Source: Callorhinchus milii (Eukaryota). From it: a stretch of DNA of 64,000 nucleotides. The stretch is taken from NCBI RefSeq assembly GCF_018977255.1, contig NW_024704742.1, forward strand, positions 77,378,001-77,442,000. The letters are read 5' to 3'. The translations under genes and the position numbers were made by a program. Positions 25,901 to 39,110 of the stretch are shown piece by piece; the first letter of the stretch is position 1; each line of letters opens with the position of its first letter. The notes under the pieces are model-generated. The model worked only from the letters and a program-made list of their open reading frames with translations, had not been told where the DNA came from and made no database searches.

Positions 25901-28900
25901 ATCTCTAAGGTATCTTGAAAAAGTTTTTTAAAAGAGTACAGCTAGTTTTAAAACTCTGCTTGGTGCTGTGTATTCTATAGGATTACTTTGTTCTCCGCCA
26001 CCCCTTCCCCAGCCGTTAGTTTAAAACAATGACTTCAGAAGCTACCAGCTCTTGCTGAAAGGCTAATTTTATTTAATTACTCAAATCATGCCAATAAACA
26101 TCAAAGGTTAAATTACTTTCCTTTTCCGTATTTAACAATTTGTTTACTCTTTGTGCGTGTGTCAATCTACAGTAAGAGCATGGCTGGCCAAACAGTACTA
26201 TGCTTGATATAGTAGCTGAGGCTTACATAATACAGTAGTTGGGCTTTCCCACTGTTTCTGGTTTGGCAACATCCACCGGGCTTTGAAGGCCAAGTGCCAA
26301 GGAGAGACATGGTCGGCAGTGTGCTTCCTGTCGTCTCCTTTCTTCTCTTTGTCTTTGTCTCTTGGCCTGGCTGTGCTTGGTAGCTTTGCCAGAGAATGTT
26401 TTTTATTAGCCTGAAAGAGCGATTCACCTGAGTCAGAGATTATACTGTATTTCACTACCAACGACACTCTCTCTCTCTCTGTGCAAACATGCACATCAAG
26501 TGCATTTCCAGACATGTTAAGCAGGTTCTTTTTGAAGAACCCATCGCCCTTTGCTGTGAGTGTTGAGAACATTTGTGCACTGGCTGTTTTAACAGCTGCA
26601 TGCTCACGAGATAACCGCCTCCTCAAATTTACTCTTTATCAGCTACATGCTTGTGGTGCTCACCCAATGACCGTATCCAATTTTACTGTAGACTTTTCAC
26701 AGAGAGAGTGTGGAAGTTTCTGCTTGAAACGCAGCCATTGTCAGGCCAATTTATCACATTAAGTGGCCTGTGGCATTAAGTGAGATGAAAACTAATGATT
26801 GTTTGGGGGAGGAAGAGGGGGGGTGTGGGGGGGGACGGAGATTAGAACCAGAACCTCTGAATAAAATGAAATCCAAGATTATGAGAATAAACAGATGTGC
26901 TGACTATGAGGAGACCAAACAAAGTGAAAAAAGGGGGTAGAGAAATGTTGTAAAGCAAGTGTGAAGGGATCAGGGGATTAATTTAATGGCCTGACCCAGT
27001 CACCTTCTAATCACAGGGCTCACAACAGGGCAGTTCAATCAAGAGTAGATGGGAAACGATTTTGGTGTCTCTGGCCTGCCCATCTGCTTTAAACTGAAAA
27101 CTTATAGAGTCTCGTAACAGATTTGTCTCATTATTCGATGCATATGAAACGTTGCTGGGGAGAAATTCCACCTATTTACTCTCTCTTTGCAGCATTATGA
27201 GCGACCAGGATTTGATAAATTCTTAGACACAGCCTTGATTTCGAAGCCGTTTTTCTGTAAATTCTCGTAAAAGCTGCAGAAAAAAAGACTTCAAGGTTAA
27301 GGAAGGAATTCAACAATTTGTTCAATTCTGGACACTCTAAAATGGTGAGTCAATAGAGTAAATCTAAACCCAGGTGGAATTTCTCCTAGTGATTCTAGGT
27401 TTTTGAATTGCATGATCCTATTCTGGTAATAACGCTGCTTTTATGTTCAATAGCAAGGATGACATTTAGGATACAGTGAAATCCTTCATCTTGTGCATTC
27501 CATTGGTGGTTGATAATCTAATATAGTTGTCTGATAATCCTGGGGTCAGTTGTGCAGACAAAGGGCAGAAATGTTTAGGCAGTGAGTGTAGGATCTGAAA
27601 AAAAGGCTTAACTTGCAAGTCAAAGGGCCACAAAGAGTTTGTATTGTTAGTCTGGGGGTCAGAGGCAGTGGGTTGGGAAGTGACATCGGTAACAAGTTCG
27701 AGGTCAGCAAAGGTCATGTTACAAATTGCAAGGCTACAAAAAGTCAAGCAGCTACAGCAATTGGTTGTCAAAGGGAATGGGGTGACTTAAGACTAGCAGA
27801 TGGGACGATAAGAGACAGCAGCTCAAAAAGAGCAACCAATATGCATTGTGCGTCCTGTGTCTGAATCTCTTGTACTTGTTGGTGAAGTAACCTCTGAGAT
27901 TTTACTACATGCAGTTCTGAAATGTCAAGTCAAGTGTAACCAGCAGCACTTCACCATAAAAGTGCTCGAAATCTAGAATTGTTTGGAGCCAATTTTTCGA
28001 GTTTCCTTTCAGCATATGAAGTTCACATAACTGACAGCTAGTTAAAATTGTCAGTTTCCCCTTTTCTCTCTCTTTCTCTCTTTTTCTTTCTTGCTTTCTT
28101 ACACTTTCTTCTCCTTCCCCGCACCCCCCCCACACCAGCCCTCTTGCTTTGAGCTGCAGGAGGAATCAAGTAGACTGCAAAGATGCCAAATGCTTTTGTT
28201 TAGCTATGTTTTGACTCCAGACACCACTCCAGGTACTCCAACTTTCAGAATGGAGTCTGGCCAGAAATCCCAAGAGTCTTGGCTTCTGCCTGAGTCTGAG
28301 TTGAGGAATCCCTAATTCCTCTCAGGAGGAAAAGGCGCAGTGCTAGTTCCATTTAAACATTGCCTTTTCTTTTCCTCCTTCCAAAATCTTGCGTCGTTGT
28401 TTTACTTGTAAGTGGAAATTTTGAAAAGAAATAAAACTCTTTCCTGTTTCTAATATTTACTTTGTTTTCGGGAATGTGCTCGCTCAAGTTAGACCCAGAC
28501 TTTTTAAAAATGTTTTTGACAAGCTATGAATTGTATTCTACGATAGCTGTGACATAACTTATAGCTTGGAGTCTGTTTTGTATTACTCCAGTAGTAATTA
28601 ATCAGTTAGGCTGCAATACATAAATTACACTTTATTATTCATAAGTTTACTGCCAAGATTCCTGATATGTTGCATCACCATTGCATTAGCATACTGTGGA
28701 GTGAAGCCTGGACAATACTGGGATGGGTGTTCTGCAATGCAGATAGAGATTACTTCCAAAATGACCAGGATGCGCCCTCACTATTGGGTGTTTTGCTGGG
28801 GTTTCTGCATGGGCTGACTGATTCAAATGATACACTGACTGTGGAAAAATTACAGGCAATGATGCCTGTATTCATAAATTAGGATCAGGCAAAATTGAGA

Positions 28901-31193
28901 AACTGTGGGGCAGAAGCTAGCATAATCTAGTGTAACGCAGCATAAATGTGTGTAACACAGCATGATTCAGTGTAACTCTGCCTAAACCAGTCAAGCGTAT
29001 CTTAAACTAGACTCACAGTATTGATGCACAAACCAGTGGAGCCTGCCATATACCAGTGGAGCCCAGGAGACAAGAATTTAGACAGATTTAGACTTATTTT
29101 TATTGTTTTTTCATGTGGCCTCTTATAGTTTCTCTCACTTTATGCATGTCTCTTTCTATCCTTGGTATTTTCTGCTCCTGTTGTTCTGCCGATATGTCCT
29201 GTCAAAATCTTCTCTGCTCTAAGCCTCAGAGGGAAAAGGTTAGCTAACTGAGGGGAGTCAACCTAGGTTTCCCTTTGTATCAACTGGCTAGTTAGAAGTC
29301 TGAGAAATGTGTTGCAGAAGCGCCAATTGCTCTAGCATGTGCTGCCACATTGGCAAGGTGAGCACAGTGGCTGGTTATGCTTGTGCTCAGGTAAGGAGTG
29401 CAGAAGCTCCTCAGTGATGTATGAATAAATAATAATTTCCTGGCTCATTGAGGGACTATAGCTACAAATACGCTGCCACAAATGAGTAGCAACAAGCTGG
29501 TGCATGAATGCATTTTTTCTAAAACCTAACTGAGCATCTCACACAAAGCCTTTTGGTGCACTGCCACCATCGATTTAAAAGTTTTTCAATGCTACATTTA
29601 TTTTAAAAAAAGGAAATCTCCACAGAGTCCTTTAAACCACAAATACTGCAGATATCAGTCAATGTGGCAGTGATTTAATTACTGATTCTACAATTAGCAA
29701 ATAAAATATAACTATTTTTATAGCTCTCAAAAATTCCAGATAGTTTTAGAAAAATTGGTCTGTGATTCGAATCCCGATTAGAACCACATGTTTCTTGTTA
29801 TCTTCTACATTAAAAGCTAAGACTTTTTGTACCCTTGGCACTTTACTGGGTAAAGTGAATCTGACCATTGAACAATGATGGAGTGCTCTGAAACTTTTTT
29901 TTAAACTTTAGAATAGATCTTTATTTCCAATTTCTACTTCAAAGCTTGTGCATCAATTTGTACTGCAAGAGAAAGGCAGTGATATGTAATATTCTATTTT
30001 TGAAAACAGAGATGAATGCTTAACTCCTGATTGAGTTGCTTAACTTTATTTGGATACCTGTTTAGAAAATATCAAGAAAATGTCTTTAATTCTGTCTTGT
30101 GCTAAAAGATGGCCTCAATCTTGATGCAGTAACTCCCAAGTAATTCTGCGCTAACTGCTTCCAGCCTCTTTATTCCTTTCTTCATCTTTGTGTTTTTATG
30201 AATATTTTTGTTTTTCCTCTATTTTCTCATCACTCTAGCTCGTGGTTTATTTGCCGTACATCCTACATTCCATGACTAACCTACTGTTTCCTAGTGTTAT
30301 CCCTCTCCACCCATCCACGCTGAATTTCTTCATCCGTTAAATTCTTCTTTTCATGATTATTTTCTCTTCCTACACATTTACTCCAAGCAAACCAGTAGCT
30401 CACCCTTTCATCTTGCCAATTTCCCCTCCTCTTTAAAGTCCCCTCAACCATCCAATAGGTGTATCTCCTTCCACCGACCAGCCCATCTCTCTCTCTCTCC
30501 ACCAGCCCTCATTCTGGCAGGCCCCAATGCTTGGTTGCTGAACTTTGGCCAAGTGTTAAAAAAAATAGAGTGAGGATTATCAGACAGCCAGTGCAGAGTA
30601 CAGACAATCAAAGTGCAGCCGTATTGTTTGGAGCATTTATTTCACCCCCAATAACTTTACACGAGTTTTCCCAGAGCCATAATTTCCAGGAGAATTCAAT
30701 TTCTTGAATTAACTTGAGTAAGGACAGTTGCAGGTCTCCACCCTGCCCTCCCCCACAAATAAAATTGACCTGAACTTGACCACCAGGTCATTGAACCGTG
30801 CCATTTTATTTTACGAGCGTGGTGAAATGTTTGTTTTTTCTCGTAACTCATTCACTGCACACACATTATTGCTATTTGCTTCAGCCATCTGCACGTGGCC
30901 ACCACTGCAATGGCTCTCAGCGATTTGGTATCTTTCCCTTCCCCAGAGAGGGAGAGAGAGAGAGAAAGAGAGACGTCAGAGGGGTTATGCTGAATCAATT
31001 GTAGCCTGTGACTAGATGGAGTTGTCTCTATTCCAGCATTCCTTTTATTCTCTCTCCAGATGGAGCCTGCCTGAAATTCTTAACTTAATAGTGTAAACTG
31101 AAAATGTATTGAACAAGTTAGCAAACGAATTAGAGTTGTTTTCGGATCAACTTTCCTCATTTTAAAACTTTTTTTTTGTTTTGTTTTGACCAG

Positions 31194-31247
31194 ATTCAGG
31201 GCAGTCAGAGAGCCCAAGCCACAGCGAGCCTCCAAAAATTACTCCAG
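31194..31247 (+). CDS. NFIB: NFIB exon 3 (54 nt, phase 1-1): (D)SGQSESPSHSEPPKITP
   Basis: T-rich tract then cag at 31191-93; donor CAG|gtaagt; resembles human DSGQSGSPSHNDPAKNPP. Confidence 0.95.
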
Positions 31248-34200
31248 GTAAGTGAGTCACTCACAGCGTAGACATTTAGAGGCGAAGAGGCTGAGATTAG
31301 AATTTTTTTTTTGTTATTGAATTGTTATTTTTGTGCACACTCTGCAACTTTTACTCCCCTGGAAGACTCCAGTGATGATATTCGCTAGGCATCCCGGCCA
31401 AACCCAATCCTGTCTTCACTTGACATCCACCCATGACCACCTCCCAGTAGGGTCTCTGAATAGCAAAATCAGTAACAGGAACACTGGATGTTTTTTTCCC
31501 TTCCTGACCCACGAGGCGCTGAGCCCAATTGTGGGTAGTGCTCAACCCTGTAATATCAGCATAGACGAGAATTCACAATTGTGACTCACTGGTCTGTATA
31601 CACACTTGGCCTTTGAGGTTTCTGAGTTGAGATTAGTCTGATCAGGTTCCAGTATATCCTTCCCCCTTCCATTCACTGCTCCCACTAAATGCTGGCTCAA
31701 ATACTAGCTGGTGTTGGTTGTCCCTCCTCACTGTCTGTTTTCTCCTGACTGATACCTGTCTGAAACGATTGCTGAGATTAGTATTGCTGTCATTTGGAAC
31801 ACAAAGCACCAATATAATTTGTCGTGCTTCAGGGAAGAAGGGAGAGACAAGTAGGGTATGCACCCTTTACATTTACACACATGTCCTCAATGTCTTCAGT
31901 GAGTATTTTAATCTGAAATCTTCGCCACAAAATCAGACGTTCCCCTCGGACTGAGCTCAAATATTCCTTCTCCTAAATAATATTTTGCATGTTCGCCCAA
32001 AAAATACACAGTGAATCCACTTTACTGTAAATCCTGTGAAGCGCTTTGAGGCGTCTGAACAATATGATTAGGTGCTATATCAAATGCAATGATTGTTATT
32101 ATTTTAACTTTTTCCAGTGTTGATAATGAGATTATAATAAGGCACAGAATACTCTCTTTTGGCTGCTCATATCGGACTCACTGCTATCTGCATTATAATC
32201 ATTTATTATTAATCTCATTTTTCAGCTCTTATCCTCAGTGTCTTAATACTTTTATTTGTCTCCTTGTCACTATTGCCTGTTTGTACCTCACATTAAATAC
32301 AACTTGCCTCCCTTTTTCTGCCCTATTTTGATTGAACCTTTCTGGTCCCATTTTGTGTTCCACAATTAGGATTTGGTTATGTTGTGAGTAGCTCCCATAT
32401 ACTTAGAAGTGCATAGATGTACTCTACTGCACCAAAACAGTCCATTCGATCCATGTAGCCTGTGCCGGTGTTGATACTCCAAACAAACCTCCGCCCATCC
32501 TAATTCCCTCTCCCAGGCCATCCCCATACCCCTCTATTCCTTTGGATTTCCCATATGCTTTGTGTGCCTTATATTTGCTCTGTAATGTCTATTTGTTTGT
32601 TCTCTACTCCCTACCCCTTTCTAAGATAAGTATTTCCCCCACCCTACACCACATAACCTTTTGCTGATCTAATTTATAGAACTCTCCAAGCCTCTTAATC
32701 CACAGCACAAAGCTTTAATTATAACGTTACCTTTGGTTTTGGTGGAAAGTTGCCTCTTTTTCTTTGCCATAGTTTATTCATTGTATTGCACATGAATTCA
32801 GATTAGTTTTAAAAGGGAATTGGATAAGCATTTGAAGGGAGAATATGAAAGGGTGCGGGTAAAGACCAGAGAACTAAGAATTAGGGTAGAGAGCTCCAGT
32901 GGCAGAGTCAATACCAGCATAGACTTGATATGCCAAATATTTATATGAGTCAACCACTAAGAAAACAGGACCACTGCAGCATGTGATTCATTTCAATTTA
33001 ACAAGTTAACATTTTTAAAAACTATATCGGTGCAGTGTCTGGCCTCAGACAGGACTATCAGCTCAGAGTGAGGCATTGCAAAGAGCAGTGGTGGCCAACC
33101 CATGGCCATGGCTACCGTGTGACCATCAATCAAGAAATATTCAATTAAGAAAATGTGGTTGGTTAGCCAACCAAAAAGGTTGGCAACCACTGGTTAACAT
33201 GCATTGGATGGGCTCACAAAGACTAGCAGCTCAGGGTGAGGATTATTTTTGTCAGCGAACTGTTTGGGTCTGCTTTGTGTGGCTTTTAGAGAGTTTCTCA
33301 GTTTGTGCTCTCTCTTAGATGCAACAGCAGATGTGTTTGTTGTCCTGTTGTAACACATATAGGCTTGTAACCTGAAACCTGATTATACTGAATATCTGGG
33401 TGGGGGAAGCACAAGACTTATGAAGTAGATTAAATTTTAATTAACTGTCAACCAACTCTGATTTATTTAATGCACATTTTTTCATCCTAGTTTACATGTC
33501 AATACAAATCCCCTGTTTCTTGAATGATTCACCCAATGTAAACAATTGAAAGGTTTTATTCAGTTTTCCAGCATCAACTTGCTGCACATAGCTAGTTAAG
33601 TTTGGCATTGTTCTGTGCTCTGACTCTTTGAAAAGCATCTCTGGAGTGAAAGCTTGGGTAAATGTTTTAAGTTAACTGTTGCCAGGCCTTTTCCCCCAAT
33701 AGTTGCATAAGGTTAGAGAGCTGAACATTCACATTAATTGGGACTGCTCCCACTGCAGATAAGCAAATAGTGCGGAGAATTGGACATCACAAAAAATACA
33801 AATCCTCTAGAGTGTTAATGAGAAAATTGTTCTATCAGGAGTAATTCTATTAGTGATGGTACCATACTGTGCCAGTCATTCACTCTCCCCACCTCTATCT
33901 CTGACATTTTTCTCATTTACTCTTTTTTCTATCATTCTGACTTTCTTATCTCGGTGAGTATAAATATGTGTGCTTGTTTCTGTATTTGTACATTTGTGTC
34001 TCTCGTTGAGAGACTTTGTCTCTGTGTCTGTCTGTGTATGTGTCGCTGTGCGTCTCTGTGAGAGTATCTAATTTTCTATCTTGTTCTATCTCTGTTCTAA
34101 AACTCTATACCTTAAAAATATAAACGTTCATCTTTGCTACCGGCAATAAGTCTTATTGGTGATTTGTACATACAAGGTTGCTGGGATTGTGTAGCCCTAG

Positions 34201-34642
34201 AAAGCTTGCATACAACTTTGCACAAGCTCAAGGTTTTTGTCCTCATCTCACAAGACTGCTTCAAACTTCCACATCAGAACCCTCTGTGGTTGAATGGATA
34301 TGCCGATAAATGAGTATGATTGAATGCGTTCTACTGTATTGACTTGTTCACAGTTGATCATCTCTTCAACTCTTTGCCTGTGCATTAAAAATAGATGGTG
34401 CACAATTGTGACAGACGTAAGCTCAATAGCACTACTGTGTTTGACTCCTGACCATCTGTCAACTCAATAACTTGAGTGACTTTGACACTAAACTTGATAA
34501 GTAACTTCCTGCCATCTGACTTGTAGTTATTTTAGATAACAGCCATTCTGGGAACTGTCTATCTACTTTACAGGGACTAGAAACGCATAATTTTACTTCT
34601 ACTTCCAAATGCTTTAGGATTATTTCCTTCCCTCGCCTCATA

Positions 34643-34900
34643 ATCTAGGCTGAGACTCCAGTTCACTACTGGGCAATGCTGGCTCCATTGTTGGAAATGC
34701 CTTCCTTAAATAAAACATCAAACTAAGGTACCATCTGCCTGTTCAGGTGGGCGTTAAAGATCCCGTAGCATCATTTGAAAATAGACGGGAGTTTCTTCCA
34801 GTGTCCTGGCCAGAAATTACCCAGATAAAATTGGTCATTTCACCTCATACTGTTTGTGGGATTTTGCTGTGCGACGTGCAAAACTGTTTCCCTAAAAATA
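34643..34900 (+). mobile_element. DeuSINE internal fragment
   Basis: CCATCTGCCTGTTCAGGTGGGCGTTAAAGATCCC...GTGTCCTGGCCAG. Confidence 0.7.
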
Positions 34901-35959
34901 GCAGTTACTATGCTTGATAATATCCAGAGCCCTGTTTCAGGTGCCTTTTTGAAGGCTGGTTTGTTTATTATGTGTGTGCCCACTGAAATGGTTGGTGTCA
35001 GTGCAATGGCCCAGTTGGCTTCATGCACAGTATAAATGTCTGCCATGTCGCACCCGATGCCACTTCCGGTGTGTGGCAGCCACCAGTATCAGCGCATGCC
35101 ACGGGAATGACATTGCAGTCGCCGTTTAGCCTTGTGCCCGGTTATAATATGATGCTTAGGTTTATGGCCCCAAAATGGTGAATTATAAAAGTGTTCTTCT
35201 GCAATCACTGTTAAAACACTTTGAGACGTTTCAGTGAGGTAAGATTCAACAGCTTACTTTCTTCTTCCCAAGAGTTTTAAAACAAAGTATACTTTGTTGT
35301 TTTTTAAGTGTTTATTGATTCTGAAGCTGGCATTTTCCTCACTTGATGACACAGTTACTACTTTTGATAAACTTACCTTCAGTAACGTTATAATCTACCC
35401 TACACTATTACTCGGCATGAGATTGGTGTGTTTGTGCTCTCCTCCTCCCATCCCCAAAGACACATATCATTTGTTTTAAAATGTTTTCTTCCTGTGTTTA
35501 GGCCTTCTCTCCTTGTCTCTTGTATTCTTTTTACCTTGTTAAATTCTTCTTTGGCCATCACAAACACCACAAACTCAGCTAATTGAGAGCAAAAGTGCTG
35601 TACAGAAAGAATCCTCGCCTTTTCACTTTTCAATCCCTTGTCTCACTCTCGGACACTTGGGATATTGTATTACAATCAAGATTTGATTGCTGCATCTAGT
35701 AGTAACATTTGTTCCAAACTACACACCTGTCAATAGTCATATATTTAGAGCGAGATTTTAGATTGAAAACATAACTCTCTAAATAGCGTTCAGACTCTAT
35801 GAGTTGAATGGCTTATTTCTGTTCCCATTTTAATGTGCTGGTTCACACTCTCTGTGAACCCTGCTCCTTATGTATAAATAAGTTTTGCATTAATCTCATT
35901 CCTGCTGTTCATAAACATCACTCATAAGATGCCCCTTGGTCTCATACTCGTACAGACAT

Positions 35960-36160
35960 TGATACAGACACATACATAGACAAATTAAACTCAGATTCAT
36001 TTACCCACACACACTAACACACTAGTACAAACGTACTCACACACATCCTCATGCACTTGTACAAACACACATACACATACACTCATAAAAGTTACATATA
36101 CACATATACAAACACACCCCTAAAACACATACACATTCATACCCTGATTGAAACACACAC
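35960..36160. repeat. Degenerate (CA)n/(CATA)n low-complexity tract
   Basis: Visible CA-rich run. Confidence 0.8.
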
Positions 36161-38189
36161 AAAAAAACAGCAGAAGTTACTAACCCATGCGAGAATAACT
36201 ATGAGCATATTTGGAAACCTGTCCATAGAAACGTATTTAGTTTTTTAAAAAATGTTCATATTAAATGACCTCATAGACAAAAGTCACACTGGCTTCTTGG
36301 TAAACAAATTGCAATACCTAATTCATCAGGTGTTCTGAGAGTTATAGCTCACGTCCCAGCTGGCAGTGAATAAAGGTAAGTAGTGAAAGTTGTTTCAACT
36401 AAGCAGAGGTCTCGGAATAGCTTTATTGAAGTTAAATTACTTGGTTCCGACACAGACCAACCAAAAGTGTTACTTGAGTATCGAGTGCCTCGTGATGAGT
36501 CTATATATTTGTTAACCTCTCTTCTCATACAATGGCACTTAGTCTGTTTGAAGGATTGCCAAGCCTCTATAACTGCTCTTTTTTATGGTGGGATTTTTAT
36601 GTGCCTTGCTAACTTTGTTTAATGGACTTTAGTGTACTCGGACTCCCCAGTATCAGGTTACTACTGATTGCTTCGAGATGAAGCCAATTTCTAAGGACTG
36701 TGGTTATCTGCTTTAAACAATATTAAATCCCAGTTTTCATTACAACAAGCATTTCACCAACTCTTTCCCCTCCCCCGACCGTCTGTCTCAGACAATCCAA
36801 CACCCCGATGCAAGCAACCTGTGGCAAATTGTGTTTTTCAATTCCAGTTAGAGTTAGATTAGTTTTACTGAAAATTTGTAAAATTTTATCAGTTAATTCT
36901 CTTCAACAAAAAATACTCCCCTCCTGAATAGTTTCAAACACCGACTGACAAACGGGAACAAAAGAACGGCTGCTCCATTAACTATCTGTCTGCGCACCAT
37001 CATGTCAGAGTATTCCCGAACACTATCCTCTTTGTGTTCAAAAAAATTCGGGTTAGACCATGAAGGGTTAAGTCCTATGGCCCTTAGCTAGTAATTTTAC
37101 AGTCTGCTTTTAATTACACAAAGCTGCCAGCAACGCATGCCTGAGTGTTTCTGAGAAGCTGGAACTTCGCCCATGCTTCAGCAAGGCACCAATCTTGCCC
37201 TTCTGCTTCCAAGTTCAAAATGTGCATATGCCATCAATGCAAAGACTGGGAAAAGAGACATCTTTTTACAAGCTAGACAATATGTCGGATCTTCTAAAAG
37301 CTGATCCCGGAATTAAAAATTCTTTTGAGGCATTGATACTTTAAAGCCTGCAGGAAATCAATAGTAGACAATTAAATGTTCCTAAATAGTACAGGAGAGA
37401 AATTGTTGGCATTTCAGGGTGTGTATTTCGATATCTGTCATAGCCTTGGTTTCCTTGGCCATTGTTCTGTGCTGCAAATAAAATAGCTACGCAAAGGTTA
37501 CACATTCATTCGCCGTTTTTGGCAATTTTCCGTTGCTTTAACAAATTTATATTGTAATCTCAAGGAAATGGTCTAAAAATTGCACATTTGAGGTGATATT
37601 TCAAACCAGAACCAAAAGATTTTTTTTCAAAAAAAAGAAATGTTAGCTGGGCTCTCTGCGATTCCTGTCCCAAATCCCTTCACCTTTCACTTTCTCTCCC
37701 TATCTTCCCAACCCTCTGTGTGTTTGGCCAACATTCTCAAACACAGCGCTGTCTTTTTTCCTCTCTCTCCTCCCCGCCCTCCCCCCACCCCCAACCTCGG
37801 TGATCCACATCATCATTGGAAAGTGCTTCAAGATGTTAACCAATTTTAAAAAATTCTCAAACTGCAAGTTGTTAGTAACAAACTCTCGCTGTGCTGAATA
37901 AACAGCAACATGGCATGTTGAGCGCAATATAAAAAGCATGGTGTTTTTAGGGTTAATGGGTTTATTTAGTATTCGGTGGCCAATAAAGCCAGCTATGAAT
38001 CTTCACAGATTTGTTAATGTTCCCCTGACTGCTACACACCTGTAGAGGCTTTGCTGGTGCACTTTGTACCTCTAATTGTGGTGTGTTTGCTGTGGTCATG
38101 GAGAATTTTAACCATTTTGGCAAAAACAGTTTGGTTTATCACTTCAGTTTAGAATGACCGAGTGTTGGAGAGGATTTATTTTGATGTGC

Positions 38190-38445
38190 TCAGTTGGCTG
38201 CTGCATTTCGGCCACAATATACACAGTTCATCCACTTTACAGTATATTGTGTGAAGCGCCCACAAATATACAGTCAATTCACTTTATTCAAATATACAGT
38301 CAATTCATATTGGGTGAAACGCTTTGAGACTTCTAGAAGACATGAAAAGGACTATATCAAATGCAACGGTTATATTATAAGCGCTTTGAGACGACGTGAT
38401 AAGGTCCTATCAAATCCAAGGATTATTATTACTATTATTATTATT
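38190..38445 (+). mobile_element. SINE 3' region with internal partial duplications
   Basis: AATATACAGTCAATTCA is repeated, and two tail segments are present. Confidence 0.75.
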
Positions 38446-38843
38446 TATTTTGTGTGGGTAAAATTATAGAAATGTGAGTAATATGAGGACCCAAATTTGA
38501 ATTTGAATTCTCTTCCTTCTGGGACCTCCCTGAATGAAAATTGCAATGTTCCACAACATAAACCTAAGCAGTAGTACATGGGGATCCGTCAGTTGAACAT
38601 CTGCCTGGATGTCTGTGATAAGAACACAAGCCCTGAAAGGGGCTTTTACGTTTTAGTTTCTAAGCTGTGACTGACAAATGTGCTGACTTGAAAAAGCAGA
38701 ATTCGAATTGACTCGCTTTGCTTCATCAATGGCTTTTGGATATGCAGTGTGCTCAGGCCACTCCGTTACACTATTTGCTTTTATATCCATGGTCGACGCA
38801 GATATAAAGACAGAGGTGAAATTTGATGTCCATGTGATATTTA

Positions 38844-39110
38844 TTCAATTCCCGGCAGGGCGAAACCTTGGGCAAGTTTCCTTACTCCACACGCCTAATA
38901 ATAATCCCTCCAAAACCAAAACAATAATAAATTGGTCATTTTCAATCTACGACTGTTTGTGGGACATTGCTGTGTGCAATTGGCTGCCGCGTTCGCCCAC
39001 AAATATACAGTCAATTCACTTTACAGTGTGTTCTGTGAAGCGCTTTGGGACGTCCTCCTGATGTGAAAAGCGCTATATCAAATGCAAGGATTATTATTAT
39101 TATTATTATT
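38844..39110 (+). mobile_element. 5'-truncated young SINE copy
   Basis: Aligns almost exactly with 59541-59800; ends in (ATT)n. Confidence 0.92.
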
